Positions 38,801 to 50,300 of a stretch of 64,000 nucleotides of DNA are shown here, piece after piece; the first letter of the stretch is position 1; each line of letters starts with the position of its first letter. This DNA comes from Mobula hypostoma. Its lineage: Eukaryota. The translations under genes and the position numbers were made by a program. Under the pieces are notes generated by a model, which did no database searches, had not been told where the DNA came from, and saw only the letters and a program-made list of their open reading frames with translations. The stretch is taken from positions 868,001-932,000 of the forward strand of contig NC_086110.1 of assembly GCF_963921235.1 (NCBI RefSeq), given 5' to 3'.

Positions 38801-40905
38801 ACCTTCCCAATTCATCTTTTACTACCTTATTGATTTTCTGTTTTCCAATCGTCCAAATTTCCACTAATGTTTTGAGGACTGATAAGCCTTCTCTGTTGAA
38901 TTTCTAGTGTCCTTGAAATCCCCGCAGATGGTTGATTCATCCTCCATTTAGAATACACCTTCTTTAGGAAAAACTTTCTAGCTTCTTCCAAAATGTTCTC
39001 AGAAACTCCAGCTATTGCTGTTATGCTAGTGTCCACTTCCAGTCAATTTTGCCCCGCTCCTCACTCATGTCTCTGTGGTTCCCTTTACTGTACCCATTAG
39101 GGCTAGAGTTAACCCTAAACTTAAGCCTAATCCTAATCCTAGTATAGAAACATCTGATTCTAGCTTCTTCTCTTTCACACAGTACGTTAAATTTCATCAT
39201 ATTATGATAATTGACCCGTATGCGTTCCCCCACTATAAGCTCTCTAATCGAATCCGGATCATTATATAACAGCCAATCTAGAATTGTCTTTTCCCCTAGA
39301 AGACTCAACCCAAGCTCTTTAAAGCATTCCGTAGTACATCAGAATTCCTGAAACAAAGGTTCACAACTGCAACCACCTCATGAAACATTATTTCAGATCG
39401 TATTTACCGTTGAAGAAAAAATAGTTAAATTTCCTGAAGGCAAGCAGTGTACGAATCTGGCGCGAATGAAAGTATAAAAAAAATATGTAGACTACTACAG
39501 ATAACGCGTTATTACTGTTTAATGATATTTTAAATATTTATAGAATGCATTTGCATTCAAATTACACCTACCATGAACAACTAATTTTGTTCCAGTTCCA
39601 TTTGACATTGGTTCAAGCTGCTTTTTCACTCCGCAGTAATATAATCCCCTGTCACCGACGCTGATATTCAGCAGTTGAAAGGTGGCTTTTCCTTTTTCCA
39701 GCGGTGAAAAACGTTTTCTACTGTCATTAACAGACTGCAGTAATCCTTGCTCTCCAACTTTCCACCAGTAAACATCAACGTCTGGGTTTTCCATCAAGTA
39801 CCCTACTCCACAATAGAACATTGTGCTTTCACCGACAACACGATTGCTGAGCTTAGGAGACTGCGATACCTTAATCTGAGCTTCTGCAATTAAATCAAAT
39901 AAAAGTCGTATATGTGACAAAAAAAAAACATGCTGTTGACAACAAGGATATTTTTGGCAATAGGTGGTATTTTTTTTAAATAACAGAGCGATAATATACA
40001 TTACGTGTGCACAGCAGGTTTTACTTCTTGTCGCCAAACAACCGAATAACGCAGTTTTCAATCGCCACAAGAATAGTGCTAATAATAATTAGTGGTGACC
40101 AATGTTCCTGTTGTATTAAACATATTTTTCACTTCCAGCGTAAGCACTTTTACATACCTTCCTTTCTCAATTGAGTTTCTATTACTTCATCAACGCATCT
40201 TCACAGACATCTACTTTGTCTATTGTTTTTCTTTATTTTATGTGCAAAACATGTTCAATGTGCCAATTAATTTATTTCGAAAAGTGCCCGAAAATGACAG
40301 TAGGATTTTTATCAGACAATCTTAAAAGATATCCCTAATATATTTCACTTCGGAACTTTATCTAAAACATTTAGGACCTCGGCTCGGTTTCGATTACCTC
40401 TGCTTAATTCTCATCTACAATAATTCAAAAACATAATCCTAGCTGGCGTTGTAGGAGCAGCAAGAAATAATTAAAACGCTACATCAATTTTCAACATTTT
40501 TGTAAATTCAGCATTATTTGAGAATATTTGTCAAATATTACGTGGGAAAATATGTACATATAGTTGGTGACAGAGCGATGGTTGTACTGTGAAACTCACT
40601 CGAACGAATGTCTTCAGAGCACAAAGTCCTTTGTTGGAATTAACGGAATAAAAATTGTATCTGCATCTAGGACAAGATTTGTAGAAGAGTAAATACTATG
40701 ACTACCTGCGCGTTATCGGAAGGAACTGAGACACGATTTTTAAAAAAAGTTACAATGCCAAACTCCTTCATATTACCATCGAAAATGTAGCATTGACATT
40801 TACTTGTTTTGGGAAGCAACACAAAAGGGAGAAATCATTAAGATAATATTAATACGTACCAGCGCAAATAAGCTCAACGGCCAAAAACCATGAAAATGCG
40901 AACAT
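20736..40905 (-). CDS. Spliced gene model (7 coding exons, 356 aa): SIRP-like / non-rearranging VJ-C1 Ig-superfamily inhibitory receptor (L-V-C1-TM-ITIM tail)
   Basis: Exons joined by hand: 46+312+327+108+47+102+129 = 1071 nt, open throughout, intron phases 1,1,1,1,0,0, all GT-AG. Protein MFAFSWFLAVELICA-EAQIKVSQ...YYCGVKKQLEPMSNGTGTKLVVH-VPPSPL...FECTTAEFYPENINISW...YTCLANH...-GFKSRRWNIVYGFAGCGFLFLSFITIACVMKFRKLR-AGTGE...VQYSAI...SEYAKLQTSQ*. Confidence 0.88.
21035..21136 (-). CDS. Exon 6: cytoplasmic exon with ITIM VQYSAI and second tyrosine VLYIQ
   Basis: Acceptor TTTTTTTTTCTAG|, donor CAG|GTAGGA, 102 nt phase 0-0. Translates VPLNDMVQYSAINWSKSTKRKEAHFQDDSVLYIQ. Confidence 0.88.
21605..21651 (-). 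CDS. Exon 5: juxtamembrane cytoplasmic exon (AGTGEATEQTPPVERQ)
   Basis: Acceptor TTTCTTTAG| (tandem TAG-CAG), donor CAG|GTAGGT, 47 nt, phase 1 to 0, linking the TM exon to exon 6 in frame. Confidence 0.75.
23290..23395. repeat. Compound (TCTA)n/(TCTG)n microsatellite, degenerate
   Basis: Direct inspection. Confidence 0.7.
23860..25100 (+). mobile_element. Old, highly decayed CR1 (APE and RT-proximal region)
   Basis: Degenerate similarity to the APE region of 56880-58270 (GATGTAGAATCCTTGTGGGT, GCTGAAGAAAT...ATCTTTAAAGAATCACTAGAT). Confidence 0.65.
25140..25240. repeat. (TTTG)n/(TCTA)n microsatellite forming the tail of a SINE
   Basis: Direct inspection; abuts the SINE-like sequence at 25240. 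Confidence 0.65.
25275..26923. mobile_element. Solo LTR (TGTCA...TGATA) with 5-bp TSD TTCTG
   Basis: TTCTG at 25270-25274 and 26924-26928. Termini resemble the LTRs of the chromodomain Gypsy at 28183-32662. Confidence 0.8.
25538..26240. repeat. Minisatellite inside the solo LTR, 12 units of about 50-67 bp
   Basis: Recurrent core GGAGTCTTCAGGCTTGAGGCTAGAG...GAGGCGAGGCTTGGCAGGAGGC counted 12 times. Confidence 0.9.
27100..28160 (+). mobile_element. Old decayed CR1 RT/3' region
   Basis: Remnants such as RGLEYK, LYKALFIPHVECYEQFCAPYLRKDVL (27711-27917). Confidence 0.75.
28183..32662 (-). mobile_element. Chromodomain-bearing (Sushi-like) Ty3/Gypsy element, internally deleted, both LTRs present
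   Basis: LTR-like ends 28183-28501 and 32170-32662 resemble each other. Gag (31324-31809), protease (ISLTLGYRWVPQ, 30666-31076), RT start (~30490-30640), integrase C-terminus (~28760-28960) and chromodomain (VDWEGYDSEGRCCVP, 28458-28646). Confidence 0.75.
29940..30065 (+). mobile_element. Penelope terminal-repeat fragment
   Basis: GATGCTGCCTGGCCTGCTGAG...CAGCATCTGCAGATTTTCTCTTG, matches 10840-10950. Confidence 0.65.
33243..33350 (-). CDS. Exon 4: transmembrane segment (no charged residue) with basic stop-transfer KFRKLR
   Basis: Poly-T tract + CAAG| acceptor, donor G|GTATGC, 108 nt phase 1-1. Translates GFKSRRWNIVYGFAGCGFLFLSFITIACVMKFRKLR. Not in the ORF track. Confidence 0.9.
33439..33578. 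other. Assembly gap (140 N) in the C1-TM intron
   Basis: Run of N in the sequence. Confidence 1.
33802..34128 (-). CDS. Exon 3: Ig C1-set domain plus short Ser/Thr stalk
   Basis: Acceptor TTTGTTCCGCAG|, donor G|GTAAGC, 327 nt phase 1-1. C1-set motifs FECxxxxFYPxxIxIxW and YTCLANH. Confidence 0.95.
34560..34890 (-). mobile_element. CR1 RT fragment
   Basis: EVQRDLGVVVHDSLKV...FAFISRGIEYK (34632-34832). Confidence 0.75.
34900..35010 (-). mobile_element. Penelope terminal-repeat fragment
   Basis: CAAGCAACACACACAAAACGCTG...CAGCAGGCCAGGCAGCATC...GAGACCCTTCG, as at 7040-7110. Confidence 0.65.
35045..36790 (-). mobile_element. Young 5'-truncated CR1 (same subfamily as 42681 and 56880 copies)
   Basis: Long RT ORFs (36135-36815, 35578-36150); nearly identical by eye to the reverse complement of 57990-59745. 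Confidence 0.92.
37385..37850 (+). mobile_element. CR1 3' fragment
   Basis: FTRMLPGLEGVPYENRLSE...RGDLIEVYKM (37389-37706). Confidence 0.8.
37910..39330 (-). mobile_element. Old decayed CR1 (APE to RT)
   Basis: Degenerate APE remnants (TILDWLLYNDPDSIRELIVGE, 39021-39308) and RT-proximal remnants. Confidence 0.7.
39572..39883 (-). CDS. Exon 2: VJ-type Ig V-set domain
   Basis: Acceptor ATTGCAG|, donor G|GTAGGT, 312 nt phase 1-1. Cys (MFYC), Trp (VYWWK), DRGLYYC and J-like G-strand NGTGTKLVV all in one exon. Confidence 0.95.
40860..40905 (-). CDS. Exon 1: signal peptide (MFAFSWFLAVELICA), 46 nt, phase 1
   Basis: ATG at 40905, hydrophobic 15-mer, donor CTG|GTACGT. The 46-nt phase-1 leader is typical of IgSF genes and joins the V exon in frame. 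Confidence 0.85.
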
Positions 40906-42680
40906 GTTTAAAAATGGAACTGACTGACTGTAAGACAGTGAAACCGTCATTTTATCCTCTGGAGATTGATTTAAATATGAACTCATTTAAGTTCGCAGAT
41001 GATGACGTAATCAGCTGTTTTTTTTTGTCGAACATGCGACTAGATGTGCAGTTAATTTCGCAATTATTAATTCCAACGACTGTAACGTTAACGCACATAG
41101 GTAAAACGGAATGTTCCAATACATCGAGTATTTTTAACTCATGTACGTTTGCGGAGGATTTGTAATTAATGAAGGCGGGTGTTTATAAATAATAAGGAAG
41201 TATCTACAATTGGTTAGCCGCATTTAGCTGCATCGAGCTTTGCTTCTTTGAAGTAAAAATGAAATGACAAAATAGCGTTCTCACGAGATGAGCAAAGTAC
41301 TTGGACTTAGACTTCGTTTAGAAGAATGGGGTAATCTAAAATACCATCTAGACTAGGAAGAAGACATCGATCAGAGCTTCAATTTGATCTTCCCTGCAGG
41401 CCTTTTTCAGAAACTTAAAGCAATAACTCGAAGTGTTTCACAGAATTAAGAATCAATCAAGAAGAGAGAGTGTTAGATCAGCCTTTACTCGAATTCACCT
41501 CGGAGAACAGAAGAAGAAAAAACAGTCAGAACACACACTGTATACATAGTGAGTGGAGGAAGGACGCGTTTACCGAATTATCATCCATTGACTTCCCACA
41601 TCAAAATATATATTTGGATCTGTTTCAATGATTGAGACACTTCTTGTGCTATCTTTTTCATAGTTGTTCAATGACCATCCACACTAACTGCGGCAAATAA
41701 CTTCATGTTTTGTATAAATGGTTCCATGTCGAAATGGTCACGACGGAAATAAACCACCTCCTGCCTTCCTATGAAGGCAACAGAAGCGTGGTATTCAGCG
41801 GTGCTATCAGATCCAACTGAAGCCGTGTTTCTTTTTTTTTGACGACGAATGTCAATACCTCTTTCATAATATAATTTTGCTATAAATTATCAGGAATAAC
41901 TTGATCACATTAAATTTGGTTTTTCCAAGTGGTTCAATTATTGTGATTCTGTGCAATATTTCGTAACTTTCAAGTGGCATCATTAACGCAAAGCATGGCC
42001 ATGCCGTTTCTAATTTAATGTGCATTGCAACACTTTATATCATTGAATAATCATCGTATAATCTCCACTTAATCTAACAATGGTCGTGATGGAGACGGAA
42101 ACTTTGATACAACAGTGGAAAATAGAACAGATTGGAAACATAAAATAAAATAACAAACAAAGGAAACAACAAAACAGCAACTTCCGAATGATAACCTTCC
42201 GTTTCATTTGGTTTATTATCGTCAACTGCACTGATATAAGATGAAAATATTTATTCTGCATGCTATTATAACAGGCAGACAATAACGTGCAATGCCATTA
42301 TGAGGAATATTGTGAGGTCAAGAGGCAATCTCATAAGGAAATCGTGTGCTAAGGAACGCTTCAACTGTCGTATAATTAGATTTGTGTTCATATATCTCTT
42401 CCCACGCCATTGTCAAACTTGCGAACTTCGACATCTTACAGTTTCTGAACTTTACCTTCCTTTCTCGCTTCTAACACCGTGATCTGCCTCCACTAATGTT
42501 CGAAGCAGGACGAACTTATCTGACTCAAAGTTTAAAGTTCGTAGTACTGTATGGTTATTATAAAGGAATGTATATTACATATAGCTTTCAGATCGTCTTC
42601 TTACAAGCAGCCAGCAAACAAGAAATCTCAACAGAACACATTTAAAAACTATACTGTCAAACACTCAGTGTGCAAGAAAG

Positions 42681-44146
42681 GATTGGAGGGTGGCTAATGT
42701 AACTCCACTTTTTAAAAAAGGAGGGAGAGAGAAACCGGGGAATTATAGACCGGTTAGCCTAATGTCAGTGGTGGGGAAACTGCTGGAGTCAGTTATCAAG
42801 GATGTGATAACAGCACATTTGGAAAGCGGTGAAATGATCGGACAAAGTCAGCATGGATTTGTGAAAGGAAAATCATGTCTGACGAACTCATAGAATTTTT
42901 TGAGGATGTAACTAGTAGAGTGGATAGGGGAGAACCAGTGGATGTGGTATATTTGGATTTTCAAAAGGCTTTTGACAAGGTCCCACACAGGAGATTAGTG
43001 TGCAAACTTAAAGCACACGGTATTGAGGGTAAGGTATTGGTGTGGGTGGAGAATTGGTTAGCAGACAGGAAGCAAAGAGTGGGAATCAACGGGACCTTTT
43101 CAGAATGGCAGGCGGTGACTAGTGGGGTACCGCAAGGCTCAGTGCTGGGACCCCAGTTGTTTACAATATATATTAATGACTTGGATGAGGGAATTAAATG
43201 CAGCATCTCCAAGTTTGCGGGTGACACGAAGCTGGGTGGCAGTGTTAGCTGTGAAGAGGATGCTAAGAGGATGCAGGGTGTCAGGTTAGGTTGGGTGAGT
43301 GGGCAAATTCATGGCCGATGCAATTTACTGTGGATAAATGTGAAGTTATCCACTTTGGTGGCAAAAATAGGAAAACAGATTATTATCTGAATGGTGGCCG
43401 ATTAGGAAAAGGGGAGGTGCAACGAGACCTGGGTGTCATTATACACCAGTCATTGAAAGTGGGCATGCAGGTACAGCAGGCGGTGAAAAAGGCGAATGGT
43501 ATGCTGGCATTTATAGTGAGAGGATTCGAGTACAGGAGCAGGGAGGTACTACTGCAGTTGTACAAGGCCACGGTGAGACCACACCTGGAGTATTGTGTGC
43601 AGTTTTGGTCCCCTAATCTGAGGAAAGCATCCTGGCCATAGAGGGAGTACAAAGAAGGTTCACCAGATTGATTCCTGGGATGGCAGGACTTTCATATGAA
43701 GAAAGACTGGATGAACTGGGCTTGTACTCGTTGGAATTTAGAAGATTGAGGGGGGGGATCTGATTGAAACGTAGAAGATCCTAAAGGGATTGGACAGGCT
43801 AGATGCAGGAAGATTGTTCCCGATGTTGGGGAAGTCCAGAACGAGGGGCCACAGTTTGAGGATAGAGGGGAAGCCTTTTAGGACCGAGATTAGGAAAAAC
43901 TTCTTCACACAGAGAGTGTTGAATCTGTGGAATTCTCTGCCACAGGAAACAGTTGAGGACAGTTCATTGGCTATATTTAATAGGGAGTTAGATATGGCCC
44001 TTGTGGCTACGGGGGTCAGGGGGTATGGAGGGAAGGCTAGGGCGGGGTTCTGAGTTGGAGGATCAGCCATGATCATAATAAATGGCGGTGCAGGCTCGAA
44101 GGGCCGAATGGCCTACTCCTGCACCTAATTTCTATGTTTCTATGTT
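42681..44146 (+). mobile_element. Young 5'-truncated CR1
   Basis: RT ORFs 42690-43641 and (TTCTATGT)n tail; near-identical to 58265-59745. Confidence 0.92.
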
Positions 44147-44336
44147 CAGAACTGAAGTTAACGATTCCAATATCATGAAGCCAATCACAGCCACTCCAGG
44201 AGCGTGCCGAACCGCCAGATAACAATGGACAAAACATATTTTTCTTCCTCAATACTTCAGGGTGTAGCTTATGGATATTGTGCTGTTATTCATGGAAATC
44301 GCCATGAAACGTCTTTATCTCGCACCATATTTAAAT

Positions 44337-47300
44337 TGCGAGAATATCCTGGTGTGCTCTTATTAGCTGTGCTTTTGAAGAGAGAGAGAGAGAGAGAGAG
44401 AGAGGAGGATTAACGGTTGGACTGTCACTTTGTGGCATTGGAAGTAACTTTGGATTTCTACTAACTTGGGTTTGGAGACAGCACCGAGCAGCTGGAAAGT
44501 TGCTATGGTGACCGACAGGACATCATTGATGTTACTTCCAAGGACAGGTTGCCTGATTGCATTTCTTCACAGACAGAGGAAGGAGGGACTCTTTGAATGA
44601 CAGGTGATGCTCAACCTGGTGAAATCAATGGGAGGTCAGATGATACAGACCTCAGACACATCATCTGGACACTAAATGAGCTTTGTTGTGCCCGCAGAGA
44701 AAATGGGTTTTGGAGGATCGATCAGTCGGATCGATCCAAATTGCTATTCCAGCGAAGGAGAAGGGGTCGATTGGTGGGTGAGTTGTCTATGTGTCCACCC
44801 TTACCGGGCTGATAGCTCTACGACAGGAAAACCTGTCCCCCTGGTTAAATTCACAGTCGGTGACTTGTAAAGTATTTGGGACGACGACGAGAAGATCGAC
44901 GGCATCAGCTCACCTGAAGACTCAAATCTCTCTCTCTCTCTCTCTCTCTCCATCGCTATTCAACTAAATACCACAAATTGAACTGAACTTAAGTTTACTC
45001 AACATCGTAAGACTGTATCTTTTTATCTCTAGACTTAAAGAAGCTTGGTTTCCATACATATATTTCCACACTTACTGATTTACGTACTTATATATATAAT
45101 CATTGCTAACCTGTGTGATTTTTCTTCATTTATATTACTGAATTGCGTAGTTAGTAATAAATATCAGTCGTTTATAGCAATACTTACTCTAAAGTGGTTT
45201 CTATTTCTGCTGGTTTCCTCATCCCCGTCACAGGGTCCGTGACATAATTGGGGCCCGTGTCAGCAATATGAAGAAATTGGTCGAAGGCAGGTTTGATTGA
45301 TTGGGAAAAATCCCTTTTGATTTGGACGTTTGATTTGGTTGTGTGGAAAAACAGCAGAAATGGATGCAAGAAACTTTCTGAAATCACCAGACCTGGTGAC
45401 TTGGAAGTTGACTAAAAAGTATGAGTTGCGGGACAGTGCTAGATAATTGAGAATTGAGGTAAAGAAGGGTGTTACTAAGGTAGATATTCAATGAAAAATA
45501 ATAGAATATTATATAGATAAGGGAACATTTGATGAGGAGGTGTCAGAGTTGTTCGTGGAAGGTGAACCTGCTGAGAAGGTGTTTCAGTTTCAGTCGGAAA
45601 TATTAAGAAGGGAGCATGAATTGAAATTAAAACACCTCGAGAGAGAGGCTAGAGAGGCAGAAAGAAATAGACAGCTCGAGAGAAAGAAAGGGCAAAGCGT
45701 GAAGGTCACGTGGCAGAAAGGCAGACACAGTTTAAAAGGGAAAGGTTGTAGCACAGAGGTTTAGAGTCCGACCCTGGTGATTTTTACAGCTTGGAAGGGC
45801 TAGTTTTGTGTGCTGAATATAAAAGTTGTGTTCCTGATGAGATAAGAGCATACCCAATGGCAGAGGATGCCCCTACCCTGCAGGGGTCTATTGAGAAAGC
45901 AGAGAAAGAAGTTTTAACCCATGAGGTTGAGTTTACTCCAGAAAAGAGTTGGCCAGAGAATGGCTGGGAGGTCCGAGATGACCTTGCATTTGAAACTGGG
46001 ACAAGTGACAACAGCCCTGAAGAGGCAGCTGTTACGATTGAATGTGTTCAGGTTGTTGAAGTACCTGTGAGTTCATAGGATTCTGAACCTTATGTTTAGG
46101 CTCAGTTGAAGTCTGAGGTGTCTGACATGGTTGGAAAGGAATGCAGTTTTTGTGTGTCAGATGATCTTGGTTCAGTGAATAAGGGGCTAACCTCGGTACC
46201 AGTGGGATGTGAGAATTCTCAGTCGTTTGTAGTAGACCGTGTTTTAAAAGCTGGTGAGTCAATGTTGCTGGAAGTAATGGTAAAAGTGCTGTTCCTGGAC
46301 TTTCTGATAAAGTGATGGAAACGGTTGGATTGGTTGCGCGACCTTTGACCCTGCTTGCCGGACAAAGGCCTGCTGGGACAGTATGCACCAGTTGGCTGTA
46401 TTTTGTTTGAACATGTGGAAGTGAGCACCTGCAATGTCATGATGTTAGGCAGTATAATGTTATGAAGGAGGAAAAGAATAATCGTTATGGTTTTGGAGTG
46501 GAAGTTGCTATGGAATTAAGGCGTATTGAAGGTCGGAGAAAGTTGATAAAGAGATTGTTTAGTTTCTTTCATAATGTTTACGTAATTCTCATCAGCCCGT
46601 TGATGATGCAGAATTTGGTAAACCATGGAGGCATGTTGACAGCTCTCCAAGATAAGAGTGTTTCAGCAATTCAGTCGATGAGCAAAGCTGCTATTGGGAC
46701 CTGCAATAGAAAAAACAGAGGTTTAAATTATGATGTGTAACAGACTCTTCCACCTTCCAGATTTCAGCAACACTTAGAAGGTAGTACAATTAATAAGAGT
46801 AAGATGTATAAGAAAGGTTTGTCTTTCTTGAGGAAGGAATTTACAAAGGAAGAGAAGCGAGATTCTGGAATGGTGGCTTTAAGAGAGATAGCTCTCACAG
46901 GAGAGGAGGTTCAGAGAGATCTGTGGGACATTAGTTTAAAGATGGCCACATTAAAGGTATGGCCACATTAGTGGGATTGTATTACAGACCACCCGATAGT
47001 CAAGGAGGCTTGGAAGAGCAAATCTGCAGAGAGATAGCAGGCAACTGCAGGAAACATAAAGTTGTGGTGGTGGGGGATTTTAATTTTCCATACATTGATT
47101 GGGACTCCAATACTGTTATGGGTCTAGATGGTTTAGAGTTAGTAAAATGTGTTCAGGAAAGTTTTCTAAATCAATATATAGAGGGACCAACTAGAGGGGA
47201 TGCAATATTGGATCTCCTGTTAGGAAACGAATTAGGGCAAGTGACAGAAGTCTGTGTAGGGGAGCAGTTTGGTTCCAGTGATCATAACATCATTAGTTTC

Positions 47301-50300
47301 AATTTGATCATGGACAAGGATAGATCTGGCCCTCGGGTTGAGGTTCTGAACTGGAAGAATGCCAAATTTGAAGAAATGAGAAAGGATCTAAAAAGCGTGG
47401 ATTGGGATAGGTTGTTCTCTGGCAAAGATGTGATTGGTAGGTGGGAAGCCTTCAAAGGGGAAATTTTGAGAGTGCAGAGTTTGTATGTTCCTGTCAGGAT
47501 CAAAGGCACATTGAATACGAATAAGGAACCTTGGTTCTCAAGAGATATTGCAACTCTGATAAAGAAGAAGAGGGAGTTGTATGAAATGTATAGGAAACAG
47601 GGGGTAAATCAGGTGCTTGAGGAGTATAAGAAGTGCAAGAAAATACTTAAGAAAGCAATCAGGAGGGCTAAAAGTAGACATGAGGTTGCCTTGGCAGTCA
47701 AAGTGAAGGGTAATCCAAAGAGCTTTTACAAGCATATTAAGAGCAAAAGGATTGTAAGGGATAAAATTGGTCCTCTTGAAGATCAGAGTGGTCGGATTTG
47801 TGTGGAACCAAAGGAAATGGGGGAGATCTTAAATAGTTTTTTTGCGTCTGTATTTACCAAGGAAGCTGGCATGAAATCTATGGAATTGAGGCAATCAAGT
47901 AGTGAGACCATGGAAACTGCACAGATTGAAAAGGAGGAAGTGCTTGCTGTCTTGAGGAAAATTAAAGTGGATAAATCCCCGGACCTGACAGAGTGTTCCC
48001 TCGGACCTTGAAGGAGACTAGTGTTGAAATTGCGGGGCCCTGGCAGAAATATTTAAAATGCCGCTGTCTACGGTTGAAATGCCGGAGGATTGGAGACTGG
48101 CTCATTTTGTTCCGTTGTTTAAAAAAGAATCGAAAAGTACTCCGGGAATTTATAGGCCGGTGAATTTAACGACAGTAGTAGGTAAGTTATTGGAGGGAGT
48201 ACTAAGAGACAGAATCTACAAGCATTTGGATAGACAGGGGCTTATTAGGGAGAGTCAACATGGCTTTGTGCGTGGTAGGTCATGTTTGACCAATCTGTTG
48301 GAGTTTTTCGAGGAGGTTACCAGGACAGTGGATGAAGGGAAGGCAGTGGATATTGTCTACATGGACTTCAGTAAGGCCTTTGACAAGCTCCCGCATGGGA
48401 GGTTAGTTAGGAAAATTCAGTCGCTAGGTATACATGGAGAGGTGGTAAATTGGATTAGACATTGGCTCGATGGAAGAAGCCAGAGAGTGGTGGTAGGGAA
48501 TTGCTTCTCTGAGTGGAGGCCTGTGACTAGTGGTGTGCCACAGAGATGAGTGCTGGGTCCATTGTTATTTGTCCTCTATATCATGATCTGGATGATAATG
48601 TGGTAATTTGGATCAGCAAGTTTGAAAGATAGAAAGATTGGAGGTGTAGTAGACAGTGAGGAAGGTTTTCAGAGCCTGCAGAGGGACTTGGACCAGCTTG
48701 AAAAATGGGCTGAAAAATGGCAGATGGAGTTCAATACTGACAGGTGTGAGGTATTGCACGTTGGTAGGACAAACCACCGTAGAACATACAGGGTTAATGG
48801 TAAGGCACTGAGGAGTGCAGTGGAACAGAGGGATCTGGGAATACAGATACAAAATTCCCTAAAAGTGTCGTCACAGGTAGATAGGGTCGTAAAGAGAGCT
48901 TTTGGTACATTGGCCTTTATTAATCGAAGTATTGAGTATAAGAGCTGGAATGTTATGATGAGGTTGTATAAGGCATTGGTGAGGCCGAATCTGGAGTATT
49001 GTGTTCAGTTTTGGTCACCAAATTACAGGAAGGATATAAATAAGGTTGAAAGAATGCAGAGAAGGTTTACAAGGATGTTGCCGGGACTTGAGAAACTCAG
49101 TTACAGAGAAAGGTTGAACAGGTAATGACTTTAATCCCTGGAGCGCAGAAGAATGAGGGGAGATTTGATAGAGGTATATAAAATTATGATGGGTATAGAT
49201 AGAGTGAATGCAAGCAGGCTTTTTTCCACTGAAGCAAGGGGAGAAAAAAAACAGAGGACATGGGCTAAGGGTGAGGGGGGAAAAGTTTAAAGAGAACATT
49301 GGGGGGGGGGCTTCTTCACACAGAGAGTGGTGGGAGTATGGAATGAGCTGCCAGACGAGGTGGTAAATGCGGGTTCATTTTTAACATTTAAGAATAAATT
49401 GGACAGATACATGGATGGGAGGTGTATGGAGGAATATGATCCGTGTGCAGGTCAGTGGGACTAGGCAGAAAATGGTTCGGCACAGCCAAGAAGGGCCAAA
49501 GGGCCTGTTTCTGTGCTGTAGTTTCTATGGTTCTATGGTTCTATGGGATGTTGATGGGGAAGTGGAGACCAGCCATTGTGCCTGCAAGTCACGTGGTGGT
49601 TTTGAAAGGTTACGAGACTGAAATTTTAAACATGGCTTACAGTATGCCTTCAGGTGGACGTCATTGTGTGAGAAATGAGGAAAATGGGAACGAGGGGAAT
49701 CCCCTCTTCTCATTTAGTGGTGGAGATTCGATTCAGAAGGCAGTGAAGGGTAAGTTGTTGGAACCTGTGTTCAGTTACAGGCCAAAAGGATCTTTGACGC
49801 TACACATAGAATTCTGGAAGGGATTTAGTAAGCTTTGTGACCTTGCTAAGGAAAGTTTACAAAATGGTCGAGTCAACATAAGACACTTGTTTCCCAGAAA
49901 TGCAGCAGGGAGAATTGCTGTAGAACAAAATGGAGTCGTGAAGTCTCATAATGGAATGGAAAATCATGTTTATTCATTGAATCTAGACTCACCCGAATGT
50001 CACAATTCCATTGTTTTGGAAATATATTAATTACAAGATCCCCCAGTTGGACCCATAGCCGAAAAAATAAGTAAAATGACCTTCTTTTTGTTCTTTTTTT
50101 TTAAATGGTGCAATGATTTGGTGGTCTGGAGTGACACATGGGAAGAGCATATTGCAGCGGTAGACAAACTGTTTGACAGACTATCTAAGGCCAATCTTAC
50201 GGTGACCCTTGCTGAAAGTGAATCTGGCCTTGCCACAGTCACATATCGGGGTTATGTGGTGAGCCAAGGCCAGCTGGCTTCTGCACAGGCCAAGGTTCAA

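Noticed and set aside
39519-40070. 183-aa ORF as a single-exon secreted Ig protein
   Set aside because: Both ends are intron read-through around the 312-nt V exon; the N-terminal extension is not a signal peptide.
41444-41548. Plus-strand symmetric open exon-like segment (CACAG|105 nt|GTGAGT)
   Set aside because: No partner exons or recognisable protein motif; compatible with chance.
42040-42282. Hydrophobic minus-strand ORF as leader or TM exon
   Set aside because: Derived from an A-rich tract with no convincing splice sites; a proper leader was found at 40860-40905.
46959-48011. Longest ORF (350 aa) as a host gene
   Set aside because: It is CR1 ORF2 endonuclease/linker, frameshifted from its RT.
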